A stretch of 32,000 nucleotides of DNA from Candidatus Saccharimonadota bacterium (GCA_022843095.1 JALHOH010000001.1:570001-602000), one strand, 5' to 3'. Shown: positions 1 to 8,707, counted from the first letter of the stretch. Notes: generated by a model from the letters alone, not told the origin. A program made the numbers and translations.

Positions 1-2
1 CA

Positions 3-509
3 CTTGCGATCGATCTTCGTGGGCATGGGGAGTCATTGCAGCAAAGGAACCAGGCATTGGATTATCGGATGTTTTCGGACGCAGAACATCAGGCCTCGGC
101 TCAAGATATCCAGGCAGCGCTTGCTTGGATGCAGGAACGGAGTGGCGTATCGTCTGTTTTTGTCGTTGGCGCTTCGATTGGGGCGAGCCTTGCGTTGCAG
201 AGCGCGATTGCGGATCCACGGATTCATGCGATTGCATTGCTTTCTCCCGGAGAGAGCTATCGTGGGATACAGGCGTTTCCGTTGGCGCGTCAGCTCTCGC
301 CGACTCAAGGTCTTTTTGTTGCAGCCTCTTCTCCAGACGATCAGGCTTCGTTTGAGTCAGCAAAGGAGATATTGCGTTTGGCAGGGCGTTCGGTGGATGC
401 TGGGCGCTGGTTCGAGAACGCCGGTCACGGAACACAGCTATTCACCTCCCATCCGGAGCTCGCGACAGCGCTTGTCGATTGGATCGCGAAGGAACGTACA
501 CGTCTATGA
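3..509 (+). CDS. alpha/beta hydrolase, 5'-truncated by the window edge
   Basis: The frame stays open to the left edge and reads LAIDLRGHGES before the track's TTG at 36. It has the nucleophile elbow GASIGA (G-x-S-x-G) and a C-terminal GHG. The stop overlaps the uppP start as ATGA at 506-509. Confidence 0.8.
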   Translation, partial: LAIDLRGHGESLQQRNQALDYRMFSDAEHQASAQDIQAALAWMQERSGVSSVFVVGASIGASLALQSAIADPRIHAIALLSPGESYRGIQAFPLARQLSPTQGLFVAASSPDDQASFESAKEILRLAGRSVDAGRWFENAGHGTQLFTSHPELATALVDWIAKERTRL

Positions 510-1318
510 TTTCATGGCTACAAGGGATCGTGCTAGGAGCGGTTCAAGGATTCACTGAATTCTTTCCCGTTTCTTCAAGCGGGCATCTTATTCTTGTCCC
601 GGTGTTGTTTGGATGGACAGATCAGGGTCTTGCGTTTGATACGGTCCTGCATTTGGGGACGCTTGCCGCTTTGCTTTGGTATTTTCGTGCCGAATGGTCA
701 GGAGCGCTTGTCTGCGCACCAAAGCGATCCGAAGAGGGGGCCGCGGCGCGCGCATTTTTAGGGAAGGTGTTGGTGGCGGCGTTGCCCGTCCTGGTAGTCG
801 CGTTTTTCGTCAATGATTATGTGGAGGCGTTTGCGCGCCGAAGTGGTCTGGTGGCCTTTGATTTGGCGTTTTGGGGATTAATGTTACTCGGTGCAGATCG
901 GTTTGCGGCGCGTCGGCCTGCGTCCACACTCTCGCCGACATTTGAGCATCTCACCTGGAAACAGGCGCTCATGGTCGGTATTGCACAGCCACTGTCATTG
1001 TTGCCGGGGACGTCGCGTTCCGGGATTACGATGACGGCGGGGTTGCTGTCCGGTCTCCCGCGCCCGCTCGCGGCAAAATTTTCGTTTTTTGTGAGTATTC
1101 CTGTGACGGCTGCGGCGGGTGCACATGGGGTGCTTGAGCTTCTGACCGCTGACGGGGTCGCGTTCCCGGTGGTCCCATTGATTCTTGGATTTTTTTCCGC
1201 AATGCTTGCAGGGTCGTTCGCTATTTCGTTCTTAATCTCGTATGTCTCAACGCAACGGTTCGATGTCTTCGTATGGTATCGGTTGGCGCTTGCCAGCGCT
1301 GTGTTTGTGCTTGTGTAG
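506..1318 (+). CDS. uppP: undecaprenyl-diphosphate phosphatase (BacA/UppP)
   Basis: It has the N-terminal signature FPVSSSGHL and the second signature LLPGTSRSGITM, and it is polytopic and hydrophobic. I prefer the ATG at 506 (MISWLQGIVLG) over the track's TTG at 479. Confidence 0.93.
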   Translation: MISWLQGIVLGAVQGFTEFFPVSSSGHLILVPVLFGWTDQGLAFDTVLHLGTLAALLWYFRAEWSGALVCAPKRSEEGAAARAFLGKVLVAALPVLVVAFFVNDYVEAFARRSGLVAFDLAFWGLMLLGADRFAARRPASTLSPTFEHLTWKQALMVGIAQPLSLLPGTSRSGITMTAGLLSGLPRPLAAKFSFFVSIPVTAAAGAHGVLELLTADGVAFPVVPLILGFFSAMLAGSFAISFLISYVSTQRFDVFVWYRLALASAVFVLV

Positions 1319-2075
1319 CGCGCTCCTCTTGGGAGGGACGCCTCGAGATGCGGCAGCGGCAGAGCATCGTGATTCGGATGTAGACGGATTGTTGGACGAA
1401 TGGGAGGTCTCTATTTTTGGGACAGATCCAAGCAAGTTAGATACCGATGGTGATGGATACGCGGATCGTGAAGAGGTGCTCCACGAGTATGATCCACTCG
1501 CCCCAAAAAAGAAGCGCGCTCCCAAGGATTTTGATAAAGACGGCCTGAATGATCGACTTGAGTTGCTCTTTGGAACGGATCCGATGCAGGCGGATACGGA
1601 TGGGGATTCCTTTCAGGATGGGTTGGAAGTAGAGATGGCGTATTCACCAACCTCTACGGAGGCGATTCCGCTGGAAAAAAGCCTTCATATTATTCTGAGT
1701 ACGCAACGAATGGAGCGGCGTGTCATGGGGATCGCGATTGCTTCGTCACCAGTATCTTCGGGTCTCGCAAAAACACCGACACCCGTTGGAACGTTTAAGG
1801 TGTTGGATAAGCATCCGCGCGCGTGGTCGCGTTCCGCGAAGTTGTGGATGCCGTATTGGATGCATTTTTCCGGACGTGGTCACGGAATTCATGAATTGCC
1901 CGAATGGCCGGGCGGTCGCAAAGAAGGGGCGTCTCACTTGGGGCGTCCGGCGAGTCACGGATGTGTGCGGCTTGGGGTTGGGGCAGCAAAAACCGCGTAT
2001 GAATGGGCGCCGGTCGGAACCAAGGTGGTGATTGTGAAGACGCCGCCAAAGACGGTCATGCTCGCCATCAAGTAA
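1242..2075 (+). CDS. secreted L,D-transpeptidase (YkuD domain) with N-terminal thrombospondin-type-3-like Ca-binding repeats
   Basis: The C-terminus has HGIHE...SHGCVRL, the YkuD catalytic His/Cys motif. The N-terminus has the hydrophobic leader LPALCLCLCSALLLGG followed by the repeats DSDVDGLLDEWE, DTDGDGYADREE, DKDGLNDRLE and DTDGDSFQDGLE. The start is uncertain: 1242 and 1263 both lie inside the uppP 3' end. Confidence 0.85.
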   Translation: MSQRNGSMSSYGIGWRLPALCLCLCSALLLGGTPRDAAAAEHRDSDVDGLLDEWEVSIFGTDPSKLDTDGDGYADREEVLHEYDPLAPKKKRAPKDFDKDGLNDRLELLFGTDPMQADTDGDSFQDGLEVEMAYSPTSTEAIPLEKSLHIILSTQRMERRVMGIAIASSPVSSGLAKTPTPVGTFKVLDKHPRAWSRSAKLWMPYWMHFSGRGHGIHELPEWPGGRKEGASHLGRPASHGCVRLGVGAAKTAYEWAPVGTKVVIVKTPPKTVMLAIK

Positions 2076-2079
2076 GAGG

Positions 2080-2967
2080 ATGGGGTATGCTAGTTGTATG
2101 AAGCGATTTACCTCGTTCTTGGTTGCCTGTCTCTGGATGGTCTCTGCCGTTCCTGTTTCGGCGGCGGTTCAGAAATCCGAGGGCTTTGTGCCATTCGTAC
2201 CGACGGAGAATGAATTCGCCTCCGCCATTGTCATGACGGCAGGGACGCACAAGGTTCTGTATGGATTTAAACCAGAACAACCACGTGTTGCCGCGAGCTT
2301 GACCAAGCTTCCGAACGCGTTGGCGTTGGTTTCCCAAAAACCGCGTTGGGGGAGGATTATTTCGATTACCAAGGCGGACGAGGTGGGTGGAGGTCGTTTG
2401 CGCGTCCCAAATGGCTCAACGATTTCGGTGCAGGATGCGCTGTATAGCAGTATCACGGCGAGTGCGAATAATACGGCGACCGCTCTTGCGCGTACGCATG
2501 GCGGGACAAAGGCGTTCTTGAAAAAGATGAACGCGGAGGCGGTGCGTGTCGGGGCAAAGCGATCTGCGTTTTATGACGCGTCAGGGATGGATCCTCGAAA
2601 CATGACGACCGCACGAGATATCGCGCTCATCGCCGAGGCGGCATTTGCCAACCCCGTGGTGCGACGTGCAGCCCAAACGGGAACGTATCGATTTGCCATT
2701 CAAAATACAGGCGATGCCAAGACGATTCGAAACACCAATGATTTGTTAGCGGACACGCATAAAGTGTGGGTGATTGGTGGAAAAACGGGGTATTTGGAGG
2801 AGTCGCAGTACAACCTTGTGGTCCATGTGCGGGCTATGGACGCGGAGGGCAAGCCCGTGTATGGTCGAGACCTACTTGTGGCGGTCCTTGGATCGCCGAC
2901 CAAGAAGGGGTCATTTTTTACCGCAGAACGTTTGGCGCAGTGGGCATGGAACAACCACGCGTTCTAG
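2080..2967 (+). CDS. D-alanyl-D-alanine carboxypeptidase (serine peptidase S11, PBP5-like)
   Basis: It has a signal peptide and the three active-site boxes SLTK (SxxK), SAN (SxN) and KTG (GGKTGYL). An alternative start is the ATG at 2098 (MKRFTSFL). Confidence 0.88.
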   Translation: MGYASCMKRFTSFLVACLWMVSAVPVSAAVQKSEGFVPFVPTENEFASAIVMTAGTHKVLYGFKPEQPRVAASLTKLPNALALVSQKPRWGRIISITKADEVGGGRLRVPNGSTISVQDALYSSITASANNTATALARTHGGTKAFLKKMNAEAVRVGAKRSAFYDASGMDPRNMTTARDIALIAEAAFANPVVRRAAQTGTYRFAIQNTGDAKTIRNTNDLLADTHKVWVIGGKTGYLEESQYNLVVHVRAMDAEGKPVYGRDLLVAVLGSPTKKGSFFTAERLAQWAWNNHAF

Positions 2968-2985
2968 CGAGACATTTTTTCCTGT

Positions 2986-4053
2986 ATGCAGCTCGATGCT
3001 GTCGCGCGCGTGCTTCAGGCACGCAAGGAACCCGCGTACCGCTTGGCGCAAGTCAAGCGGGCGTTTTTCGTTGATTTTGCGGAGAGCTGGGATCAGGTGA
3101 CGACGTTTTCCAAAGCGCTGCGAGAGGCGTGCGCTGCGGAAGTGGCGTGGAATACCTTGACCCCGGTCAAAACGCAGGAGGCGACCAAGGGCGACACCGT
3201 GAAGACGTTGTTTGCCTGTGAAGACGGCAAAAAAATCGAGGCTGTACTCATGCGTCACGAAGATGAACGTAATACGGTGTGCGTTTCGTCACAGGTGGGG
3301 TGTCCGATGGCCTGTAGTTTTTGCGCGACCGGCACCATGGGGCTCACGCGGAATTTGAGCGCGCAAGAAATCGTCGAGCAGGTGATCTATTTTGCGCGTT
3401 GGCTGAAAGCGAAGGGGGAACGCGTCACGAATGTGGTACTCATGGGGATGGGGGAGCCGTTCCACAACTTTGAGAACGTGATGAAGGCGTTGCGGACGCT
3501 GAATGACCCGGACGGGTTCAATTTGGGCGCACGGCACATGAGCGTATCAACCTGTGGGATTGTTCCCGGCATTTTGAAGTTCGCGGACGAAGACATGCAG
3601 GTAAACCTGGCCATTTCGTTGCATAGCGCAATCCAGGATGAACGCTCGTCGATCATGCCCGTGAACAAGGCGTATCCGTTGTCCAAACTCATGGATGCGG
3701 TGCGGACCTACATGCGCAAAACCAACCGACGCGTGATGTTTGAATATCTGCTCTTAAAGGGGATTAATGATCGTGAAGAGGATGCGCAGGCGCTTGCGGC
3801 ATTGTTTGATGGAGATGTGCGTCTCGTGCATGTGAACGTCATCAAATACCATGAAACTGAGGCCTTCCAAGGGACCGGGAAGGAGCAGCGTCTGTGGTTC
3901 GTGGAACGTCTGCGTCAGTTGGGGGTTCCAGCAACGCATCGCGTGACGTTTGGGGAAGATATCGACGCCGCATGTGGCCAGCTTGCTGTTCAGGAAGATG
4001 GGGAAAACATCAAGCAGGGACGAGAGGCGGTGCGTGCATCCAAGGGGGCGTAA
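2986..4053 (+). CDS. rlmN: 23S rRNA/tRNA (adenine-C2)-methyltransferase, radical SAM
   Basis: It has the radical-SAM box CPMACSFCATG (CX3CX2C) and the motifs NVVLMGMGEP and STCG. Its length (355 aa) is typical of RlmN. Confidence 0.93.
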   Translation: MQLDAVARVLQARKEPAYRLAQVKRAFFVDFAESWDQVTTFSKALREACAAEVAWNTLTPVKTQEATKGDTVKTLFACEDGKKIEAVLMRHEDERNTVCVSSQVGCPMACSFCATGTMGLTRNLSAQEIVEQVIYFARWLKAKGERVTNVVLMGMGEPFHNFENVMKALRTLNDPDGFNLGARHMSVSTCGIVPGILKFADEDMQVNLAISLHSAIQDERSSIMPVNKAYPLSKLMDAVRTYMRKTNRRVMFEYLLLKGINDREEDAQALAALFDGDVRLVHVNVIKYHETEAFQGTGKEQRLWFVERLRQLGVPATHRVTFGEDIDAACGQLAVQEDGENIKQGREAVRASKGA

Positions 4054-4056
4054 CCT

Positions 4057-5136
4057 ATGGCAAAGGTGCTTGTCGGCATGAGTGGCGGCGTCGATTCGAG
4101 CGTGACGGCCGCGCTGCTTCAAGAACAGGGACACGAGGTGACAGGAGGATTCATCAAGAACTGGTCCGATTCCAAAGATCTGTGGACCGGGGAGTGTCAG
4201 TGGCGCGGAGAGCGTCGTGACGCCTTGCGCGTCGCGGCGAAACTTGGGATTGATCTCCTCACGTTTGATTTTGAGAAGGACTATCGTGCGCGCGTGTTGG
4301 ATCGGATGTTTGCGGAGTATCAGGCCGGACTCACTCCAAATCCGGATGTCTTGTGCAACGAAGAGGTGAAGTTTGGTTTGTTTTTTGAAGAAGCCATGCG
4401 TCGTGGATTTGAGTATGTGGCGACGGGTCACTATGCCCGCATTTCTCGGGATGCGGAGGGGACGGCGCATCTGTTGAAAGGGGTAGATCCTGCAAAAGAC
4501 CAATCGTATTTTTTGTACCGAGTGCCACAACAGGTTTTACGACGCACGCTTCTGCCGATCGGGGGCTATCAAAAAAAGGACGTACGCGAACTGGCTCAGA
4601 AATTTGGACTTCCGACGGCGCAGAAACCGGATAGCCAGGGGATTTGCTTTGTCGGAAAGTTAGATTTTCATGAGTTTCTTCGAAAAAAGCTCCCTCCTAC
4701 GCCGGGCGAGATCGTCTCCCGTGCAGGGGAGGTGCTTGGCCATCATGACGGGTTGGATGCGTACACCATCGGACAACGGCAGGGAATTCAGGTGAGCAAA
4801 GATGGAAAAGCGTGGTATGTCGCAAAAAAAGATCGCGCGCACAATCGATTGATTGTGGTTCCCGATCGGGAAGATCCGTTGCTGTATACCGCGCAGGCTG
4901 TGTTGCACGATGTTGTGTGGTGCACCGGGCACCGCCCGCGGTCAAAGACGGTCGACGTCGCGATTCGGTACCATCAACACCCGGTTCGCTCGACGATTGA
5001 AGACGTCGGTGACGACACCTATCGATTGGTGTTCGCGGAACCCGTCTGGGGGCTTGCGCCGGGTCAATCCGCAGTGCTCTTTATTGGAGATGAATGCGTG
5101 GGAGGGGGATATTTGGCGGAAGACGCAAATCCTTGA
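4057..5136 (+). CDS. mnmA: tRNA-specific 2-thiouridylase
   Basis: It has the PP-loop VLVGMSGGVDSSV and the motifs PNPDVLCN, KDQSYFL and DSQGICFVG. It starts 3 nt after the rlmN stop. Confidence 0.95.
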   Translation: MAKVLVGMSGGVDSSVTAALLQEQGHEVTGGFIKNWSDSKDLWTGECQWRGERRDALRVAAKLGIDLLTFDFEKDYRARVLDRMFAEYQAGLTPNPDVLCNEEVKFGLFFEEAMRRGFEYVATGHYARISRDAEGTAHLLKGVDPAKDQSYFLYRVPQQVLRRTLLPIGGYQKKDVRELAQKFGLPTAQKPDSQGICFVGKLDFHEFLRKKLPPTPGEIVSRAGEVLGHHDGLDAYTIGQRQGIQVSKDGKAWYVAKKDRAHNRLIVVPDREDPLLYTAQAVLHDVVWCTGHRPRSKTVDVAIRYHQHPVRSTIEDVGDDTYRLVFAEPVWGLAPGQSAVLFIGDECVGGGYLAEDANP

Positions 5137-5191
5137 CGTCCGAAACATATGTTGTCAGTCTCGTAGGAGAACATTCAAGAAGGAGTTGCCC

Positions 5192-5953
5192 ATGGCGCTG
5201 TTTCAAACCAATCTTCCGCTCATGTTGAACGGAGGTGTACAGGTTCGGTTCGAGGCGAATGACCGGATTCCTACCCATATTCATCGCGGATCACCCCCGG
5301 CCATTGTGTTGCCGCGTGGGCCGGAAGAAGGGCGGTGGTTGGTGCCGGACGCATGGTTCCTCTGTCGCTACAGACAGCGAGATCGATTAGGAGAACGTGT
5401 CTTCATTGGTGCGTCGGTAGAGGGGCGACCTTTCCTGGCTCAAGTTCATCCTTCGATTTGGACGTCGGCGCAAGAAGTAAAGAGTCCATTCGAAGCATGC
5501 TTGCAGGCTTTGCTTCCGGCGCTCCTACAGAATCTGGTGCATCCAAGACGGGAAACCTGGCAAGATGAAGTACTGGAGTGGCGCTTCGGGATGCTCTGGC
5601 TTGTGCCAACGCAGCTCCCAAGAGGTGCGTTGGAGCGGGAAGCGGCATTTCGTCTCAATTTACCGGACCTGTTCCTCAGTGAACAGCGTCGAGAGGACTT
5701 TGTTGTTTGTGAGCGGACGTTCTCTCAGACGGATATAGTCCATCGAGGGCATCGTATCGTGATGCCATACGGAACTGAGACGGATCTCTGGTGGGATGAT
5801 AATTGCAACGAACACCAGGTCAAGAGAGTGCTCACGGTCGATCTCTATGATGGCGTCCTAGAATCGCCGACGTTCGGGATCCGGGAGCTGAGTACTCCGA
5901 CGTTTATCGTCAAGTGGCCAAATGCAACACAGATCTGTGGGGCAAATCAATAA
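5192..5953 (+). CDS. hypothetical cytoplasmic protein (253 aa), orphan
   Basis: This is the in-frame ATG of track ORF 4853..5953, and it is preceded by AGGAG (5181-5185) with a 6-nt spacer. The upstream part of that ORF overlaps mnmA. I see no TM segment, signal peptide or recognisable motif. An intrinsic terminator follows directly. Confidence 0.7.
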   Translation: MALFQTNLPLMLNGGVQVRFEANDRIPTHIHRGSPPAIVLPRGPEEGRWLVPDAWFLCRYRQRDRLGERVFIGASVEGRPFLAQVHPSIWTSAQEVKSPFEACLQALLPALLQNLVHPRRETWQDEVLEWRFGMLWLVPTQLPRGALEREAAFRLNLPDLFLSEQRREDFVVCERTFSQTDIVHRGHRIVMPYGTETDLWWDDNCNEHQVKRVLTVDLYDGVLESPTFGIRELSTPTFIVKWPNATQICGANQ

Positions 5954-5956
5954 AAC

Positions 5957-5983
5957 GCACGCGCCTTTTCTGGCGCGTTTTTT
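5957..5983 (+). terminator. rho-independent terminator
   Basis: The stem ACGCGCC (5959-5965) pairs with GGCGCGT (5972-5978) around the loop TTTTCT, and a T-run follows (5978-5983). It starts about 4 nt after the TAA at 5951-5953. Confidence 0.8.
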
Positions 5984-6040
5984 ATGCCCCCCTTACTTCC
6001 CTTGGCGCGAGAGGCGTCATCCGCTACCATACTCCAAACC

Positions 6041-6781
6041 ATGAGCCGATCGAACCGACTGGAATGGATTTCTTTGGTCTACCTGCTCTTCTTTGTGCTG
6101 GCGGTCTTGTCGCCGTCGCTCTTTGAACAAAGCTACTTTGGATTGTCCGAGGATACGCTGGAAGAAATCACGATTTTTCTCTTTGGGATTGCGGGGATCA
6201 TTACGTTTTCCCTGTATGAACGACTCATGGAGCGTCGTGAACAGGAGCACAAGAAGGCGCAGGATGATTACCATAAAGCCAAGATGGAGTTGATTGAATC
6301 GTACACCTACATTGGTGCATTGAATCGTAAGCTCGAGCTTCTGAAGACGCTTGCAGATGATACGACCAAGCAGATGGGGGACGGTAAACGATTTTCGAAG
6401 GAATTGTTTCAGTCGATCGTGGCAAATGCCTGTGCGGCAGCGGGAGCGGATGCGGCGCTGCTTCGATTCATGGAGGTGGAGAAATTGCGGACAGATCGAG
6501 AGTTTTTGCATCATGCCTCCGCAAAACCCACCTTTCGCGTGGCAAACCGGGATTTACGGGAATTGCATGGGACCGGTGCCAGTCATGCGTTTATCCGGAC
6601 GGAAGATGCACGCGACGTGCTGGTTGTGCCCTCTGATCGTGGAGCGGGGGCATGCAGAGCGTATCTGATCCTCCAATTGCATCCGGATCGCATCCAAGAA
6701 GTGGACCCATCCTTACTGAAAGTGTTCGTGAATCAAGCGGAATTGCTGTATCGAGGGCTTGACCCTTCGGCGGCGACCTGA
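6041..6781 (+). CDS. membrane-anchored protein with a coiled-coil and a GAF-like C-terminal domain (hypothetical)
   Basis: I take the ATG at 6041 (MSRSNRLEW) because the track start at 5984 abuts the terminator T-run. It has two N-terminal hydrophobic helices and a charged heptad-like stretch (ERREQEHKKAQDDYHKAKMELIES). A GAF-like segment follows (LFQSIVANACAAAGADAALLRF...). No kinase or cyclase output domain is present. Confidence 0.65.
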   Translation: MSRSNRLEWISLVYLLFFVLAVLSPSLFEQSYFGLSEDTLEEITIFLFGIAGIITFSLYERLMERREQEHKKAQDDYHKAKMELIESYTYIGALNRKLELLKTLADDTTKQMGDGKRFSKELFQSIVANACAAAGADAALLRFMEVEKLRTDREFLHHASAKPTFRVANRDLRELHGTGASHAFIRTEDARDVLVVPSDRGAGACRAYLILQLHPDRIQEVDPSLLKVFVNQAELLYRGLDPSAAT

Positions 6782-6799
6782 TCTTCTTTCTTTACCGAT

Positions 6800-8662
6800 A
6801 TGACTGTTTCCCAGGTACGTGAAAAATTTCTCGCGTTTTTCAAAGAAAAAGGCCATGCGATTTTGCCGTCCGCGTCGCTTTTGCCGGAAAACGATCCAAC
6901 CGTCCTGTTTACGACGGCGGGGATGCACCCACTTGTCCCGTATTTGATGGGTGAAACACATCCGGCCGGAACGCGCCTCGCGGACGCACAAAAATGCTTG
7001 CGAACGGATGATATCGAAGAGGTTGGGGATAACCGTCACCTGACGTTTTTCGAGATGCTTGGGAACTGGTCTTTGGGAGATTATTTTAAGCAGGAAACGA
7101 TTACGTGGTCCTTTGAATTTTTGACGGATGCGCGCTGGTTGAACGTTGATCCGTCTCGTTTGTTTGTGACCGTGTTTGAAGGGGACGCGGACGCGCCGAA
7201 AGATATTGAGTCCATGGGGATTTGGCAGGCGCTGTTTGCGACGCGTGGCATTGCGGCCGAAGAAGGGGTTGCGGGGAAGGATGAACCGGGCGTGTCACGG
7301 GTGTACGCGTATCCGAAAAAGAAGAACTGGTGGGGACCGGCGGGACAAACCGGACCGTGTGGACCGGATACCGAGATCTTTTTTGACACAGGTCGCCCGC
7401 ATGATCCGGCGTTTGGGGAGGTGTGTCATCCGAATTGCGACTGTGGGCGTTTCGTGGAGATTTGGAACGACGTGTTCATGCAGTACAACAAGCGGGAAGA
7501 CGGTTCGTTTGAGCCGCTCGCGCAAAAGAACGTGGACACCGGGATGGGTCTTGAACGCATGGCGGCGATGTTGCAGGGCGTTCCGACCGTGTTTGATACC
7601 GAAGTGTTCCAGACCATGTTCGCAAAAATTGCCGCATTGTCAGGCAAAGTCTATGGACAGGATGTCGCAACAGATCGATCGTTCCGCATCATTGCAGACC
7701 ATATTCGTGCGGCCACGTTTGTGATTGGTGACCTGCGAGGGGTTGCGCCTTCGAATGTGGGGCAGGGGTATATTGTTCGTCGGTTGCTGCGTCGTGCCAT
7801 TCGCGAAGGGCGGCGTTTGGGGATCCAGGCGGCGTTTACGCCGGACGTTGCACGCGTCGTGATCGGGGAGTTTGGGACGCATTACGCCGAGCTTATCGCG
7901 AACCAGGAGAAAATCGTGGAAGAGATGAAAAAAGAAGAGGAAAAATTTGGAAAGACCCTGGAAAAAGGGATGCGTGAACTCGAGAAGATGGCGGCAGGAG
8001 GCTCTGTGACGGGTGAGCAGGCGTTCACATTGTTTTCCACCTACGGATTTCCTTGGGAACTGACGGAAGAACTGCTCCGTGAGCGGGGGATGGCGGTGGA
8101 TCGAGCTGTATTTGAGCAGGAGTTTAAGAAGCATCAGGAACTTTCACGCACGGCATCTGCTGGTACGTTTAAGGGCGGACTTGCGGATCATTCGGAAGAA
8201 ACGACGCGGTTGCACACGGCAACGCATCTGCTTCACCAGGCATTGCGCGCCGTGTTGGGCGATCATGTCGGGCAGAAGGGGTCAAATATCACGGCGGAAC
8301 GGCTGCGCTTTGATTTTTCCCATCCGGAAAAGATGACCCCGGAGCAATTGGCGGAGGTAGAGCGGATGGTGAACGACGTGATTGCGCGGGATCTTCCGGT
8401 GTATTTTGAGGAACTCTCGACCGAAGAGGCAAAAGCACGGGGCGCGATCGGATTCTTTGACGACAAGTACGCCCAGCTGGGAGGGAAGATCAAGGTGTAT
8501 TTTGTAGGAAACGACGAAAAAGGGTACTTCAGCAAAGAAATTTGCGGCGGTCCGCACGTCCGGACGACGGGGGAATTGGGGGGATTTACAATCCAAAAAG
8601 AAGAGGCGGTCAGTGCAGGCGTTCGTCGCATCAAGGCAACCGTAGGGAAAAACACCGGCTAA
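6800..8662 (+). CDS. alaS: alanine--tRNA ligase, short form ending after the editing domain
   Basis: The N-terminus is FFKEKGH...PTVLFTTAGM, followed by FEMLGNWS and EIWNDVFMQY. The editing-domain motifs HTATHLLHQAL and CGGPHV are present. The protein ends at ...GVRRIKATVGKNTG, so the C-Ala/DHHA1-like tail is absent. Confidence 0.95.
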   Translation: MTVSQVREKFLAFFKEKGHAILPSASLLPENDPTVLFTTAGMHPLVPYLMGETHPAGTRLADAQKCLRTDDIEEVGDNRHLTFFEMLGNWSLGDYFKQETITWSFEFLTDARWLNVDPSRLFVTVFEGDADAPKDIESMGIWQALFATRGIAAEEGVAGKDEPGVSRVYAYPKKKNWWGPAGQTGPCGPDTEIFFDTGRPHDPAFGEVCHPNCDCGRFVEIWNDVFMQYNKREDGSFEPLAQKNVDTGMGLERMAAMLQGVPTVFDTEVFQTMFAKIAALSGKVYGQDVATDRSFRIIADHIRAATFVIGDLRGVAPSNVGQGYIVRRLLRRAIREGRRLGIQAAFTPDVARVVIGEFGTHYAELIANQEKIVEEMKKEEEKFGKTLEKGMRELEKMAAGGSVTGEQAFTLFSTYGFPWELTEELLRERGMAVDRAVFEQEFKKHQELSRTASAGTFKGGLADHSEETTRLHTATHLLHQALRAVLGDHVGQKGSNITAERLRFDFSHPEKMTPEQLAEVERMVNDVIARDLPVYFEELSTEEAKARGAIGFFDDKYAQLGGKIKVYFVGNDEKGYFSKEICGGPHVRTTGELGGFTIQKEEAVSAGVRRIKATVGKNTG

Positions 8663-8676
8663 GCCCGGTGTTTTTG
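8651..8676 (+). terminator. rho-independent terminator with A/T flanks, possibly bidirectional
   Basis: AACACCGG (8651-8658) pairs with CCGGTGTT (8665-8672) around the loop CTAAGC, which contains the alaS TAA. A T-run follows (8671-8676) and an A-run precedes it. Confidence 0.8.
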
Positions 8677-8678
8677 AT

Positions 8679-8707
8679 TGACAGCAGGCACCCCGCTGAC
8701 TAAAGTA
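8679..8707 (+). promoter_or_regulatory. putative sigma70-type promoter for the infA ribosomal operon
   Basis: TTGACA (8679-8684), a 17-nt spacer, then TAAAGT (8702-8707). It sits immediately after the alaS terminator and about 43 nt upstream of the infA ATG. Confidence 0.55.

Noticed and set aside
3754-4530. A 258-aa minus-strand ORF spans the rlmN/mnmA junction. Similar antisense ORFs occur at 15706..16455, 13535..14071 and 17444..18001.
   Set aside because: All are antisense to motif-supported genes and have implausible composition. I treat them as shadow ORFs.
4853-5191. An N-terminal extension of track ORF 4853..5953 (113 extra codons).
   Set aside because: The extension overlaps the 3' end of mnmA in another frame. 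The internal ATG at 5192 has a perfect AGGAG with 6-nt spacing.
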